DNA from: an uncultured Candidatus Saccharibacteria bacterium
GTDB taxonomy: Bacteria; Patescibacteriota; 4484-211; JAGQKX01
Direction of reading: 5' to 3'
Length of the DNA stretch: 62,633 nucleotides
NCBI GenBank assembly: GCA_964597265.1
Contig: CAZQWJ010000002.1
Span: 12,250 to 74,882 of the forward strand
Below are positions 28,507 through 39,917 of this stretch, piece by piece. Below the pieces are notes generated by a model. It was not told the origin of the DNA and did not search any database. It saw only the letters and a program-made list of their open reading frames with translations. The position numbers and the translations under genes were made by a program. Every line of letters begins with the position of its first letter. The stretch's first letter is position 1.

Positions 28507-31500
28507 CTAGTTTGACGTTGCTGGCTCATTATGCTCGCTTTGTTCCTCTGCTTCCATTGCCGCCTCCAGTTCCTGCTCTTCGAGTATGGAGTCTTTGGTC
28601 GGGATAAGTCGCCCGATGATGACGTTTTCTTTGAGACCCAGAAGCCGGTCAAATTGCGGTCGCATATTGATGGCCGTCTGAGCAAGTACATTGGTCGTTT
28701 GAACAAATGATGCCGCAGACAACCAGGAATCAGTGAGTAAGGACGCACGAGAGATACCTAGTAAGGTTCGTTTGAATTGTATTGGTTTGCCACCTGCTGC
28801 TTTGATCTTCTCATTTTCTTCGTTCACATCTATAATGCTGACAAACTCGCCCGACATATAGGCACTAGAACCTGGCTCGGTGATACGTACGCGTGCACTC
28901 ATCTTACGAATAATCAGTTCGATATGCTTGTCATGGATCACTACGCCTTGGTTTTTGTACACTCGTTGTACCTCTTTGAGTAAATACATTTGAGCTGCAA
29001 GAAGGCCCTTGAGCTCCAGTACTTCATCAAGATCAAGATTACCTGAGGAGATGCGCTCTCCCGCCTCGACAAATTGACCGTCCTCTACCGCTAATTCCAT
29101 GGTTGATGGTACATGGTATTCCCGTTCTTCTTTTACTTCTTTACCATCGATTTTTTCGGTCGCTGCGACCGTTACTACATATCCATCGTCGCCTTCTTGC
29201 ACCGATACTTTTCCTGAAAGATCAGACAGAATACCCAGTTGCTTGGGTGTCCTTGTTTCCAGCAACTCCTCCGCCCGTGGCAGCCCTTGCGTAATGATTT
29301 CGCCCTTTTGCGCAGCACCAGATACATGGAATGTTCTGAGTGTTAACTGTGTCCCTGGTTCACCAATGGATTGTGCAGCAACAATACCTACTGCCGTTCC
29401 CATTTCAACCATACGTTGTGTACCTGGATCTGAACCGTAGCATTTGGCACAGACACCTACGGTACTTTCACACGTGAGCAAACTGAATACAGGGATCTCT
29501 CCCACGCCGGCGTCAAGAATAGCTCGGGCCGTGGAACGGTCGATGAGCGTATTCTTTTTTACCAACACTTCTGCAGTCTCCGGATGTTTTATGGTTTCTG
29601 CGGCGACTCGACCCATAATCCGCTCAAACAGTGGCCAGTCATCCACATCTTTTGCCTCTTTGACTACAATATGCTGCTTGGTGCCACAGTCTTCAGTTGT
29701 AATCAGCATGTCATGTGCCACATCTACCAACCGTCGCGTGAGATACCCCGCGCTAGCAGTCAAGAGTGCGGTATCAATCAAACCTTTTCTTCCGCCGATT
29801 GCACCGAGGAACCCTTCAAACGAAGACGATCCTTCTATCACACTAGACTTAATGGGGGTTTCAAGAATACGTCCGGCTGAATCAGTCATCATTCCACGCA
29901 TGGCTTCCACTTGTCGGAGGGTATCTGGGTTGGCTTTGGAACCTTTTGATTTGATAATAATAGCAACCGGGCTGTATGGATCCATCCGTTCGACAGCAAT
30001 ATCAGTAATTTTCCCTTGGATCTCTTCCCAAATACCAATGGTCTGACGATAGCGCTCACGTTCTGTGGTTAACCCACGTTGATAATTTTTGTCAACTTCC
30101 TCAAGCCTCTTGTATGCTTCCTGAATCAGTTCTTCTTTTTCTTCCGGCACTTGAAAGTCAAACACTGAGATAGAAATACCTGGCCAGGTGGAGTGTTGTT
30201 TACCCAAATCCTTGAGATTGTCAATAAGCCGTACGGTCGCGTCTTCACCAACTTGTTCCAAACACAGGGAAATTAGTTTACGCATCGCCGAACGATCAAT
30301 AGTTTCATTAAGGAAACGCAATTCCTCTGGCAAAATCTCATTGAACAAAATGCGGCCAACAGATGTTTCTATTTTTTCGCCATTAATATGCACATAAAGT
30401 GGAGCTTGATAGTCAATTAATCCTCTTTGTAATGCGGCAATTGCATCTTCGGCGCGGTAGAATGTGTGTCCTTCACCTTTGCGGTCGGGAAGAAAGGCAG
30501 TTAAATAGTACAGCCCCAATGTGAATTCGATCTTCATGTCAACAATAGGCGCAGAATCGGCGAGTTTGAGAAGGTTTTGGCGCACCATCATACGATTTCG
30601 TGCCTCATCAATAGCTTTTTGTGAAAGTGGCACATGCACGGCCATTTGATCTCCATCAAAGTCTCCAGCAAACGCTGCCATGACTGCTGGATGCATCTGG
30701 ATAGCGCGTCCTTCGATCAATACCGGGAAAAACGCCTGAATATTTTGCCTGTGCAACGTTGGTGCGCGATTTAGCAACACCGGATGTTCTTTAGTGACTT
30801 CTTCCAAAATATCCCATACTTCATCCCCACGATCTTCCAAGACGTTTTTGGCACTTTTCAGGTTAGGTGCATACCCGCGCAGAATTAATTCGCGTAATAC
30901 AAACGGCTTGAACAGTTCCAATGCCATTTCCTTGGGTAAACCTACCTGATCCAGGGTCAGGCTAGGACCAACAACAATCACACTTCTTCCAGAATAATCT
31001 ACGCGTTTCCCAAGCAGGTTTTGGCGGAACCGCCCTTGTTTGCCGCTCAACATGTCTGATAAACTTCGATACTTTTTGCGTAGTCTAACGTTTTTGGTTC
31101 TGCTGCCTTCAATGAGCGCATCTATTGCTTCCTGTAACATTCTCTTTTCGTTTTGCAGAATAATTTCGGGGGCACCAAGGTGGATGAGCTCTTTGAGCCG
31201 GTTATTTCGATTAATTACTCGACGATACAGATCGTTGAGATCGGATGTCGCAAATCTACCACCGGGAAGCTGAACCATAGGCCGCAACTCTGGCGGAATA
31301 ACTGGAAGTGTCGTAAGGATAATCCACTCAGGTCTTGTTTTTGACTCGAATAACCCTTTCAGAATGCGGACACGGCGAAGAGTCTTTTGCCGACGAACCT
31401 TGGAATGCGACTCGGCATCTTTTTCCAAACCCTTAATCTCTTCTTCCAAATCCATCTGTTGCAACACTTTCAGTAAGGCCTCAGCCCCCATCTCCAATCT

Positions 31501-32322
31501 CATAAAACCGCCAACCATCACGTCAGTACCAGTAACTTCCATGTCGTAGATTCCCCAAAACTCGAGCTGTGCCAGGTCAACCTCAGACACAACCGTATGT
31601 CGAGAAATACCTTTGATGAGTTTTTGGATCTCTCCAGAGGAGCTGTTCAGCTCATCCAACTGCGCCACCATTTCTTGGCGGACAACCAGTATTTCCCGGC
31701 GAGCATTATTCTCTATATCCTGAATCTTCAGTTCATCTGATTCTGATATACTACCTTTGCCTTTTCCTTTGATTCCCTCAACTTTTTGGTCTCGCTTTTG
31801 GGTGATCTCTGCGATACGAGCATTGGTCCCTTCTTCGATTTCTTTCTTACGCAACTCCAAACGTTCCTCCAGTCCCGCCAGTACCTCTTCTCGCTTTTGG
31901 TCGTCAAGCTCAGTAACCAAGTAATCGACAAAATAAATAACCCGCTCCAAACTCTTTGGAGCAATATCCAAAATCAATGACAAAATATTTGGGGAACGTC
32001 GGAAGAACCACGTATGTACCACTGGGGAAGCTAGCCCTATATGGCCCATGCGTTCACGTCGTACGCGCGCGAGTGTCACTTCTACCCCACATTTATCGCA
32101 CACCACACCTTTATACCGAATACGCTTATATTTCCCGCAATAGCATTCGTAGTCTTTGGTAGGCCCAAAGATACTTTCGGAGAACAACCCGTCTTTTTCG
32201 GGTTTGAGCGTACGATAATTGATCGTCTCCGGTTCCAAAACTTCTCCATGAGACCATGCATTGATGTCCTCTGGTGAAGCTAGGCTTAATTTTAGGGCGT
32301 CGAATTCACTTTGATTTCTCAT
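28507..32322 (-). CDS. rpoC: DNA-directed RNA polymerase beta-prime subunit
   Basis: 1271 aa with Zn motif [20 protein letters not shown] and catalytic [12 protein letters not shown]. Confidence 0.97.
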   Translation of the reverse strand: MRNQSEFDALKLSLASPEDINAWSHGEVLEPETINYRTLKPEKDGLFSESIFGPTKDYECYCGKYKRIRYKGVVCDKCGVEVTLARVRRERMGHIGLASPVVHTWFFRRSPNILSLILDIAPKSLERVIYFVDYLVTELDDQKREEVLAGLEERLELRKKEIEEGTNARIAEITQKRDQKVEGIKGKGKGSISESDELKIQDIENNARREILVVRQEMVAQLDELNSSSGEIQKLIKGISRHTVVSEVDLAQLEFWGIYDMEVTGTDVMVGGFMRLEMGAEALLKVLQQMDLEEEIKGLEKDAESHSKVRRQKTLRRVRILKGLFESKTRPEWIILTTLPVIPPELRPMVQLPGGRFATSDLNDLYRRVINRNNRLKELIHLGAPEIILQNEKRMLQEAIDALIEGSRTKNVRLRKKYRSLSDMLSGKQGRFRQNLLGKRVDYSGRSVIVVGPSLTLDQVGLPKEMALELFKPFVLRELILRGYAPNLKSAKNVLEDRGDEVWDILEEVTKEHPVLLNRAPTLHRQNIQAFFPVLIEGRAIQMHPAVMAAFAGDFDGDQMAVHVPLSQKAIDEARNRMMVRQNLLKLADSAPIVDMKIEFTLGLYYLTAFLPDRKGEGHTFYRAEDAIAALQRGLIDYQAPLYVHINGEKIETSVGRILFNEILPEELRFLNETIDRSAMRKLISLCLEQVGEDATVRLIDNLKDLGKQHSTWPGISISVFDFQVPEEKEELIQEAYKRLEEVDKNYQRGLTTERERYRQTIGIWEEIQGKITDIAVERMDPYSPVAIIIKSKGSKANPDTLRQVEAMRGMMTDSAGRILETPIKSSVIEGSSSFEGFLGAIGGRKGLIDTALLTASAGYLTRRLVDVAHDMLITTEDCGTKQHIVVKEAKDVDDWPLFERIMGRVAAETIKHPETAEVLVKKNTLIDRSTARAILDAGVGEIPVFSLLTCESTVGVCAKCYGSDPGTQRMVEMGTAVGIVAAQSIGEPGTQLTLRTFHVSGAAQKGEIITQGLPRAEELLETRTPKQLGILSDLSGKVSVQEGDDGYVVTVAATEKIDGKEVKEEREYHVPSTMELAVEDGQFVEAGERISSGNLDLDEVLELKGLLAAQMYLLKEVQRVYKNQGVVIHDKHIELIIRKMSARVRITEPGSSAYMSGEFVSIIDVNEENEKIKAAGGKPIQFKRTLLGISRASLLTDSWLSAASFVQTTNVLAQTAINMRPQFDRLLGLKENVIIGRLIPTKDSILEEQELEAAMEAEEQSEHNEPATSN

Positions 32323-35300
32323 AAATCATCATCGTCTGAAGTATCGATTACTTCAATCCGACCATTCTCTTCGCGTACTGCCTCTACTTCCAGTCCCAGA
32401 GCATTCAATTCTTTGACTAAGAGTTTGAACGCCTCTGGCAATCGTGCCTCTGGCACTGGCAAGCCCTTGATAATTGATTCAAATGCTTTGGAACGTCCTC
32501 GGACATCGTCTGATTTCAGTGTCAACATCTCCTGTAAAGCATAGGCCGCGCCATGTGCTTCAAGAGCCCACACTTCCATTTCTCCCAATCGTTGCCCACC
32601 CATCTGGGATTTGCCGCCCAATGGCTGCTGGGTAACCAGACTGTACGGTCCAGTAGAACGTGCGTGCATCTTGTCTTTAACTAGGTGGTGCAACTTCATG
32701 ATCTGCGCATATCCTACTGCCACGGCATTTTCTAGAGGTTCGCCCGTGCGTCCGTCATACAAGGTAACCTTGCCAGATGTATCAAGGCCTGCTTTCTTAA
32801 GTAAATCCTGCAAAACATCCAGTGCCACACGATCAAATGCCGGCACTGCGTAATACTCATCAAGATGTTTGGCAGCCCAACCAAGATGCGCCTCAAGAAC
32901 CTGTCCCATATTCATACGTTGCAGGATCGAAATCGGGTTCAAACAAATCTGCACCGGCGTACCATCCTCCATGTACGGCATATCCCCTTCCGGGAATATT
33001 CTAGCAATCACACCCTTGGACGCATGTTTACCAGCAATTTTATCACCCACTTCAATCTTACTCATATGGGCAACCTTAACCTTGATAACCTCTAGAACTC
33101 CGGGCCCGAGTTTATCCCCCTTGTTCTTGGACAATTTCTGAATGCCAATAATTTTACCGCTGTCTCCGTGCGCTACCCGCAATGAAGTGTCTCGCACCTC
33201 GCGAGATTTTTCTCCAAACACCGCCCGCAACAATCGTTCTTCTGGTGTCAGTTCGGTTACCCCTTTTGGCGCAATCTTGCCAACCAGAATATCTCCAGGA
33301 CCTACCTCGGCACCGATAATGACCAAACCATCCTCGTCCAAATTCTTAAGAATATCTTCGGATACGTTGGGAATATCTCGGGTGATTTCTTCTGGCCCAA
33401 GCTTGGTATCCATCACCTGTACCTCATACTCTTTGATATGTATCGACGTTAAGAGATCCTTCTTAAGAACCTCCTCAGAAAGCAACACAGAGTCATCATA
33501 CGAATACCCATCCCATGGCACAAAAGCCACAAGTAAGTCACGCCCCAAAGCCAATTCTCCACCAACATGCGAAGGACCATCTACCAAGACTTCACCTTTC
33601 TTGACCTTATCTCCGACTTTCACACGAGGAGTTTGGTTAAAACACGTATTGCTATTGGTGCGACTAAACTTAATCAGGTCATACGTATGCACTCCGCTAC
33701 CGGTATTAACAATGATTTTGGCACCGTCCACATAAAGCACCTCTCCGGCAGCCTCTGCAATGACACCGCGCTTACTATCTTTGATGATATTCTTTTCAAT
33801 ACCTGTACCTACACGGCTTGCTCCCGGATTAACCAACGGAACTGCTTGCTTGGACATGTTGGATGCAATGAGTGCTCGTGCTCCCACATCAGAAGCGATA
33901 AAAGGCACTGTGGCAGCTGAAGTACCGACCATAACCGATGGATGTGCGTCTACATAATCAACCATATCTGGCGTTACGGAAATAAAGGTACCAGCATAAC
34001 GCACGGAGATACGCTCTTCTAAGATTTTACCTTTAGCATCAGTTTGGATCGTACCTTCACCAATACGAAACTTCTCTTCATCACTCGCGTCCATATATAC
34101 GATTTCGTCGATGATAAAGGCATTCGAACCTCGATGTTCCACCTTACGGTATGCTGCTTCCAAGAATCCGTACTCATTAACACGTGAATATAAAGCAAAA
34201 TGAACGTTAAGACCAATATTAGGTCCTTCTGGGGTCATGATAGAGTCGACCTTCCCGTAATGAGAAGGTTTAACGTCACGCACTGGAGCGCCTGCCCGTT
34301 CTCTCGTCAAGCCACCAGGACCAGTGGCTGTAACCGTACGCAAATGCTCTAACTCAGCCAAAGGATTGGTTTGTTGCAAAAATTGTGAAAGCTGGCTGCT
34401 ACCAAAAAATTCATTTAATGCGGCCATAACAACGCGAGCATTGACCAGTGTTGTAGGCGAGAGTGGTTTGCCTGGCACACGCCCCGTAGATAAGCGCTCG
34501 CGAATCAATTTTTCGAGACGGCTCATGCCGATATGTAGACTCTGCTGGATGATCTCGCCTACTAAGCGAATGCGGCGATTGCCCAGATGGTCAATATCGT
34601 CTGCCGCCTCCTGTGTAAGATACAGTCGCGATAATTCTTTCACTGTAGCGAGCAAGTCTCTTTTCTGGAGGAACACTGTATCTCCATCAGCATTGCCCTC
34701 CAACCCCAAGCGGCGGTTGAGCTTGTAACGGCCAATCTTGCCCATACCAAAACGACGAGTATTGGTGAATGTTTCTTCAAAATAACCGCGGGCATTATCC
34801 AAAATACGCGGATCACCAGGACGCATCTTGCTATAAATATCAAGAAATGCCTCATTCTGGTTTTGTGGGTCGTATTCTTCAATCGTAGAATTCAATATTT
34901 CACGCGCTCCTTCTCCTCCTAATGCCTGGTCTATCTCATGAAAAGCATCAGAAATTGCCTTGCTGGAAATATCAAACGCTTTCAGGAATGAGAGTGCGGA
35001 AACTTTGCGTCCCCGGTTAATTCGGGCCCACATGACGCCATTGCGATCTATTTCAAATTCTACCCATGCGCCTTTTTCTGGTCGGATGGCTCCGGTATAG
35101 ACTCTCTTTCCGATCCGTGCATCAAAAGTCGCCTCAAAAAACACCCCGGGTGACCGGGTCAATTGGCTGACCACGACGCGTTCATTGCCGTTTACCACAA
35201 ACGTACCGCGTTCGGTCATCTGCGGGATATCGCCGATGAATACAGTTTGGGTTTCTTTGGTACCCTCTTGCAGGTCGTGTAAGGTGGCTTTGGCATACAC

Positions 35301-35561
35301 AGAAAAGGCATATGAAATGCCCTTGTCTAAAGCCTCCTGAGGAGAGATAGTAGCTTTCTCCAACTTAATGTCAGACATCTCAAGACGAAACGCCTGTTCG
35401 GTATAGTCGACAATAGGGGTAATTTCGTCAAGACACTCCTTGATACCTTCCTCTACAAACCGTTGAAACGATTCCTGCTGCAGACCGGCCAAATTGGGCA
35501 ACGAAATAGGTGATTTGTGGGAAGCCTGGCCTAAATTAATACGATTAATCGTAGTGTTCAT
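32319..35561 (-). CDS. rpoB: DNA-directed RNA polymerase beta subunit
   Basis: 1080 aa with [15 protein letters not shown] and related blocks; 4-nt overlap with rpoC. Confidence 0.97.
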   Translation of the reverse strand: MNTTINRINLGQASHKSPISLPNLAGLQQESFQRFVEEGIKECLDEITPIVDYTEQAFRLEMSDIKLEKATISPQEALDKGISYAFSVYAKATLHDLQEGTKETQTVFIGDIPQMTERGTFVVNGNERVVVSQLTRSPGVFFEATFDARIGKRVYTGAIRPEKGAWVEFEIDRNGVMWARINRGRKVSALSFLKAFDISSKAISDAFHEIDQALGGEGAREILNSTIEEYDPQNQNEAFLDIYSKMRPGDPRILDNARGYFEETFTNTRRFGMGKIGRYKLNRRLGLEGNADGDTVFLQKRDLLATVKELSRLYLTQEAADDIDHLGNRRIRLVGEIIQQSLHIGMSRLEKLIRERLSTGRVPGKPLSPTTLVNARVVMAALNEFFGSSQLSQFLQQTNPLAELEHLRTVTATGPGGLTRERAGAPVRDVKPSHYGKVDSIMTPEGPNIGLNVHFALYSRVNEYGFLEAAYRKVEHRGSNAFIIDEIVYMDASDEEKFRIGEGTIQTDAKGKILEERISVRYAGTFISVTPDMVDYVDAHPSVMVGTSAATVPFIASDVGARALIASNMSKQAVPLVNPGASRVGTGIEKNIIKDSKRGVIAEAAGEVLYVDGAKIIVNTGSGVHTYDLIKFSRTNSNTCFNQTPRVKVGDKVKKGEVLVDGPSHVGGELALGRDLLVAFVPWDGYSYDDSVLLSEEVLKKDLLTSIHIKEYEVQVMDTKLGPEEITRDIPNVSEDILKNLDEDGLVIIGAEVGPGDILVGKIAPKGVTELTPEERLLRAVFGEKSREVRDTSLRVAHGDSGKIIGIQKLSKNKGDKLGPGVLEVIKVKVAHMSKIEVGDKIAGKHASKGVIARIFPEGDMPYMEDGTPVQICLNPISILQRMNMGQVLEAHLGWAAKHLDEYYAVPAFDRVALDVLQDLLKKAGLDTSGKVTLYDGRTGEPLENAVAVGYAQIMKLHHLVKDKMHARSTGPYSLVTQQPLGGKSQMGGQRLGEMEVWALEAHGAAYALQEMLTLKSDDVRGRSKAFESIIKGLPVPEARLPEAFKLLVKELNALGLEVEAVREENGRIEVIDTSDDDDL

Positions 35562-35581
35562 AGTGAATTATATAGAACAGC

Positions 35582-35615
35582 AAAAAACACCCCTTCCCCT
35601 ATTTTGAGGGATGTG
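35582..35615 (-). terminator. Imperfect hairpin followed by U6 inside the rpoB 5-prime leader (weak attenuator candidate)
   Basis: Minus RNA CACAUCCCU-CAAAAUAGGGG-AAGGGGUG-UUUUUU. The stem has one bulge and one mismatch. It lies 20-50 nt upstream of the rpoB ATG. Confidence 0.3.
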
Positions 35616-35639
35616 AGGTATCGTGTTTAAGTACTAATG

Positions 35640-35648
35640 ATAGTATCA
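35640..35648 (-). promoter_or_regulatory. Candidate extended -10 promoter (TGATACTAT) for rpoBC, inside a near-palindrome
   Basis: The plus strand reads tgatagtatca. Both strands present a TGnTAnTAT box. Confidence 0.3.
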
Positions 35649-35766
35649 TAATATGTCAAGAGGTGGGGACAAACCGTCTTCACACTGCCTACCTCCACAC
35701 ACAAACCAACACAAACGTCCATAGCGCGTTCAGACTGTACCATACCTTCTCAGGAAAAATCAAGAA

Positions 35767-36768
35767 TCACCACAAATATCTCGCGATATTTTGATTGTGT
35801 TGGTCCAAATTTTCTGCAAAATGAGTCGTACCATTTTTGTCAGACAAATAGAACCAATACTGCGTCATAACAGGGTATAACATAGCGTCAATAGACGCAA
35901 TCCCAGGATTAGCTATTGGGGTAGGGGGTAATCCACCGTATCTTCTGGTGTTATACGGAGAATCAATGGCCAAATCCGCCGCAGTGATACTTTGAGGCCA
36001 CCAAACACAGTCCGTAGCAAGATCGTTACACGCGTTATCTCCCATCACATACTGTACTGTTGCATCAACCTCTAATGGCCAGCCGTTTTGCCAGCGTTTG
36101 AGCAAAATACCTGCGACGATTTGTCTATCTGAACTGGTTATTACCTCCCTTTCTACCATGGAGGCAAAAATCAACAATTGTTCAAGGGTCAACCCCTGCG
36201 CCTGTATGGCGTCGAGACGCTCTTGGTTCAGCTTAGTATCAAACGCCTGCAGCATGACTGATACCAACTCGTCTGGTGTTATATCTGTACCAACGTAATA
36301 GGTATCAGGAAACAGTCGGCCCTCTTTGCCTTCGGTAAGACGTAAAAACTCTATCCCGAACTGTTGGTCAAACTCCTGCGCCAGATACCCTGCCATTTGT
36401 TCTCTGCGCCAACCTTCGATAAAGGTCAATCGTTTGGTTATGATACCGGTTTGGAATAATTCAACCAAATCTTGTATTGATAGGCGAGGACTCACGACGA
36501 ATTCCCCTGCCTGTATACCAGCACCAAGTTTGGGGTTAAACCGTGTATACAGGCCAAAGGCGAACGCAGACTTGATGATTCCTTGTTCTTCCAGCCGTTG
36601 TGCTATCTGACGTGAAGATGCACCCGGTTGAACCACAAACGTCATCTCTTGTGTCGTATCGGGATCAAGTGGCGTTGTTGTCGCCTGAACGTACCACAGG
36701 CCCAATATTACCGCTGCCGTAAGACAAATTGCTATGACAATAATTCCGAGGATAAAAAATTTTTTCAT
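35767..36768 (-). CDS. mltG: Endolytic murein transglycosylase MltG (YceG-like)
   Basis: 333 aa with an N-terminal TM, then YceG-like blocks (IFASMVEREV, YNTRRYGGLPPTPIANPG). Confidence 0.85.
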   Translation of the reverse strand: MKKFFILGIIVIAICLTAAVILGLWYVQATTTPLDPDTTQEMTFVVQPGASSRQIAQRLEEQGIIKSAFAFGLYTRFNPKLGAGIQAGEFVVSPRLSIQDLVELFQTGIITKRLTFIEGWRREQMAGYLAQEFDQQFGIEFLRLTEGKEGRLFPDTYYVGTDITPDELVSVMLQAFDTKLNQERLDAIQAQGLTLEQLLIFASMVEREVITSSDRQIVAGILLKRWQNGWPLEVDATVQYVMGDNACNDLATDCVWWPQSITAADLAIDSPYNTRRYGGLPPTPIANPGIASIDAMLYPVMTQYWFYLSDKNGTTHFAENLDQHNQNIARYLW

Positions 36769-36769
36769 A

Positions 36770-37159
36770 TTATTGACCAGATGTTTCCAAATAATCCTGC
36801 AATATCAGTCTGGCAGAGATACTATCTAGCATTTTCTTTCGCATCAAAGTAGGTATCCCGTGGTCATCCAATTCTTTATTGGCCTGCTGCGTGGTCAAAT
36901 CCTCGCCATGTATCACTACAGTATACCGCTTGCTCTCAAGCCAACGCACAAATCGCTCAATATACTGGGGCATTGAGCCAAAAGACGGTGTACCTATCAC
37001 GATGACACTCACATCGTAGGTTTCACACCATTCTACAACTTTTTGTTTCAACTCGTGGTGACTGTGATACGTAAACCCAGGGAGTTCAAAAATCTCATTG
37101 CCCGTTTTTAGTGCCGCCCCTATTCGTTTCATCCCATAATCAAGCGCCAAAATATTCAT
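36770..37159 (-). CDS. ruvX: Putative pre-16S rRNA nuclease / Holliday-junction resolvase-like RuvX (YqgF)
   Basis: Start set to Met-34 (MNILALDYGMKRIGAA), 10 nt after the upstream stop. Confidence 0.8.
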   Translation of the reverse strand: MNILALDYGMKRIGAALKTGNEIFELPGFTYHSHHELKQKVVEWCETYDVSVIVIGTPSFGSMPQYIERFVRWLESKRYTVVIHGEDLTTQQANKELDDHGIPTLMRKKMLDSISARLILQDYLETSGQ

Positions 37160-37169
37160 AGTCCCAAGT

Positions 37170-38717
37170 TCATTCTTCTTTGATGGTGATGGTAATCCTG
37201 TCAGATCGATGAGGCAACCGTTGCAACGACTGAGGGAATTTGGGGCGGATGAGTACACTGCCTTGGGTTACATGTTCGATATTTTTGATTATTTCTTCGG
37301 CCTCTTGTGGCTTCTTGCCCGTCAGTTGTTGTGCAAGTGCAGCAATATCAATGTCTGGAATGAGTAACGCTTCCACCGTCGCACGCACACGAGCTACTCC
37401 TTGCTCTGTTTGGTCCAAAAAACTGACAGTGATGATTTGCTCCCCTTCAGCTAAGGTAAATCCCTCGGGAACGTTTTGCTCCATAAGAGCGAGTAACATG
37501 TCCTCCAAATCCTCCTGACTGTACACAAACCCCGACGCTCGCACCTTGGTCGTTACGGTAAAGTCTCTAGCCTCATCATCTATATCTCTGTTTACATTGT
37601 TATGTAGCGTTTGGGTCGTGATATGGTCTTCCAACAGCTTCTCGCCAGTGGTATTCTGCTGCTGTAATCGTTCCCGCGCTTTGGTTACTAATTCCGCATT
37701 AAGACTTGTGATAGCTTGATCTACATCAGCCTGCGACACCACGGTGATCTCCTGAGTACTCCCGCCGGTGAACGATTGCGCATTCAGCCCTCTCATACCA
37801 GGATTGGTCGGAGAGGTACCATATGAACGTCCCTGCACCGTAAATGCCAAACCACCCGGAAGATTAAACAGTGTACCTGCATCAGACGCTTCAATCGCTA
37901 TAGTAGCGGTCCCTGCGGTATAGAGTGTCTGATTCTCATCCTCAGAGGAACTTTCTAATGGTGGCACGTCAACTGCTTGGGTAGAAACAAACGTCAATCC
38001 AGCTCCTTCTTGGTTGGCATTGACCGTGAAAATCTGTCCAATCGGCAATGAAACCGTTGCTGTTGTCCAGTTATAGATAGTTAAAGTACCTTTGGCTTTT
38101 TCTCCAATTGTTTTGGCGCCAGTAGCATCAAACGTCTTGGTCTCTTCTACCTCCGTAGTCTTGACGGTAGCGGGGATACTTCGAGAATTAGTGTCAGCTT
38201 GAGTTTGTTCTGGAACCAGTGATACTTCCACATCCCGTTGAAGGGTCTTTTTGGAAACAAGTAGTGTTACCTCTGCCTGAGGCAAGTAATAGAAGGCAAA
38301 CGCAAATGTACTACCGCCAACAAGCAGCATCAATACCAAAATTACAATCAGAACTCGCGGGAATGTAAACATTTTTCGTAATGCAGGGAATCGCTTGGGT
38401 GCAGCGGTCTTAACCGGCACTGCTGAGGATTTTGCTTCAGGAGTTTCTGGCTTTGAGGCTACTGGCACTGGAGTCTTTTGTGCGACAGGCGCTGCAACCT
38501 GTGCTGTGGTATCTGGCATCTTCTGCTCGGTAGGTGAGAGTGTCAACTTTTTGCCGATACGCTGTGCCAACTCTTTAACCACTTCTTCGTTTGCCTCGTT
38601 CTGCCAAAACACCGACCCCTCGCCTATTTCAAGAGTAATGTCAGCATCGACACTTTCACGTATCTTGCGCAAAATATCAAATAGTGTGTCTTCGTTAGGA
38701 CAATAAATCGTAGCCAT
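37170..38717 (-). CDS. Hypothetical bitopic membrane protein (about 120-aa cytoplasmic N-domain, 1 TM, about 370-aa external domain)
   Basis: 515 aa with TM VLIVILVLMLLVGGSTFAFAFYYL and a Pro/Ala-rich linker before it. Its start overlaps the upstream gene by 23 nt. No family recognised. Confidence 0.7.
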   Translation of the reverse strand: MATIYCPNEDTLFDILRKIRESVDADITLEIGEGSVFWQNEANEEVVKELAQRIGKKLTLSPTEQKMPDTTAQVAAPVAQKTPVPVASKPETPEAKSSAVPVKTAAPKRFPALRKMFTFPRVLIVILVLMLLVGGSTFAFAFYYLPQAEVTLLVSKKTLQRDVEVSLVPEQTQADTNSRSIPATVKTTEVEETKTFDATGAKTIGEKAKGTLTIYNWTTATVSLPIGQIFTVNANQEGAGLTFVSTQAVDVPPLESSSEDENQTLYTAGTATIAIEASDAGTLFNLPGGLAFTVQGRSYGTSPTNPGMRGLNAQSFTGGSTQEITVVSQADVDQAITSLNAELVTKARERLQQQNTTGEKLLEDHITTQTLHNNVNRDIDDEARDFTVTTKVRASGFVYSQEDLEDMLLALMEQNVPEGFTLAEGEQIITVSFLDQTEQGVARVRATVEALLIPDIDIAALAQQLTGKKPQEAEEIIKNIEHVTQGSVLIRPKFPQSLQRLPHRSDRITITIKEE

Positions 38718-39828
38718 AATACAACGACTCGTTCAGGAACGACTCCTGGACGCGTTCAACATGTGGAAAACTGGGAAATAACCCTTCTTTATTCCAAGGA
38801 AATGTTAACACTTTTGATTTTATTAATTCCAATTTGGCGCCTTCACCAGCAAAATACAGCGTAGGCGGCAATGACTTGCTGTCAGACAATTTCTTCATAA
38901 TCGGCACGAGTGACATAATAACGTTGGCGACTTCATCCTCCAGTGTCTCACGGGTACGAGCGGCTCGCTCGTGATCCAATGTTCCGTCTTCTAGAGATTC
39001 TTTGATCTTTTGCGCCTGGCCGTAGCTCACTTGCAAATCGTTGGTCAACCAATCAGTCCAATCATCACTGCCCATATTAATGGTACTGTTTTTGACCACC
39101 CGACGATTCTTGACCAACACCAATTCTATCGCCCGACCTCCGACATCAACCAGAACAAACGACTCTCGTTCTTGCCGCATTTTAAGTGTCCTGGCCACAG
39201 CAGTCTCCCACACCATGGTTATCTCCAACCCCAACTGATTTCCAATGAGGTCCACTACTTTTTGAGCTTGATCGTCCCAATAGCCATGCAGTACAGTGCA
39301 CTCCAAAGCCGTGCCCGTCATATCTATTGGCGTAGTGACCAGTGTATCATCGAGTTTATAATCTGTCACAATAGCGCCAAGATGCGTCCAGGGCTCTTTG
39401 CCAAGTGCTAATTTCTCCCACGCTGTTTGTGTGGTTTCTTCTTCAATGCGCTTGAGTAGCGTATCTAGTTCTTTTTGCGTGATTTGATCATCTGGTTTGG
39501 GACGCTGAACACGAATAGTCAAGCCGCTGTACTGCACACTATTGGCAGACATACCAAGGACAATATCAGCCGGCTGGCCACCTGCACTAATACTGACATG
39601 TTCCACTGTGCGAGCAATGACTTCAAGCACACCATCTAGATCGTGGATTTGCCGCCCTCGCATCATCGTGCGTCCCAGTGGTTGCGTAGTACTCCCTACC
39701 ACTTTTGGCTCCTGTTCCAGTGCAGACGGCAGTTGTATGGCAGATGTCTTGACCGAGTGTGTGCCAAGATCCACCAGCAGTACTAAGTCCTGCTCTTGGT
39801 TTTTGGAAAAACGTGAAAGTAAACCCAT
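38695..39828 (-). CDS. Actin-fold ATPase, FtsA/PilM-like
   Basis: 377 aa with phosphate-1-like LLVDLGTHSVK and phosphate-2-like VLVDVGGRAIELVLV. No C-terminal amphipathic helix is obvious. Confidence 0.6.
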   Translation of the reverse strand: MGLLSRFSKNQEQDLVLLVDLGTHSVKTSAIQLPSALEQEPKVVGSTTQPLGRTMMRGRQIHDLDGVLEVIARTVEHVSISAGGQPADIVLGMSANSVQYSGLTIRVQRPKPDDQITQKELDTLLKRIEEETTQTAWEKLALGKEPWTHLGAIVTDYKLDDTLVTTPIDMTGTALECTVLHGYWDDQAQKVVDLIGNQLGLEITMVWETAVARTLKMRQERESFVLVDVGGRAIELVLVKNRRVVKNSTINMGSDDWTDWLTNDLQVSYGQAQKIKESLEDGTLDHERAARTRETLEDEVANVIMSLVPIMKKLSDSKSLPPTLYFAGEGAKLELIKSKVLTFPWNKEGLFPSFPHVERVQESFLNESLYYGYDLLS

Positions 39829-39901
39829 ATCAACAATACAATATTGTTATCAGTGTACCGCAAAATATACAGTGTGAAAAGGTAACGAAACATGCAGCAT
39901 A

Positions 39902-39910
39902 TGGTACAGT
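39902..39910 (+). promoter_or_regulatory. Candidate extended -10 promoter (TGGTACAGT) 7 nt upstream of the malic-enzyme ATG
   Basis: TGGTACAGT-aatacac-ATG read directly. There is no room for an SD. Confidence 0.4.
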
Positions 39911-39917
39911 AATACAC

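Noticed and set aside
35653-35724. A 23-codon plus-strand micro-ORF (MSRGGDKPSSHCLPPHTNQHKRP) 6 nt downstream of TGATAGTAT in the mltG-rpoB spacer.
   Set aside because: The promoter box is the mirror half of a palindrome that also serves the rpoB strand. The peptide is low-complexity and nothing supports translation. A plus-strand hairpin (GAGGUGGG...CCUACCUC) there may be fortuitous.
39759-39917. N-terminal ORF extensions in the six-frame track. These affect malic enzyme, ruvX (37160-37258), nusA (59789-59947), pth (60345-60410), the YtxH-like gene (47360-47560), the DUF948-like gene (47718-47810), rplE (15122-15193) and rpsH (14387-14440).
   Set aside because: The extensions overlap upstream genes or intergenic signals and lack homology. 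Conserved N-termini begin at internal Met codons placed 2-10 nt after the preceding stop.
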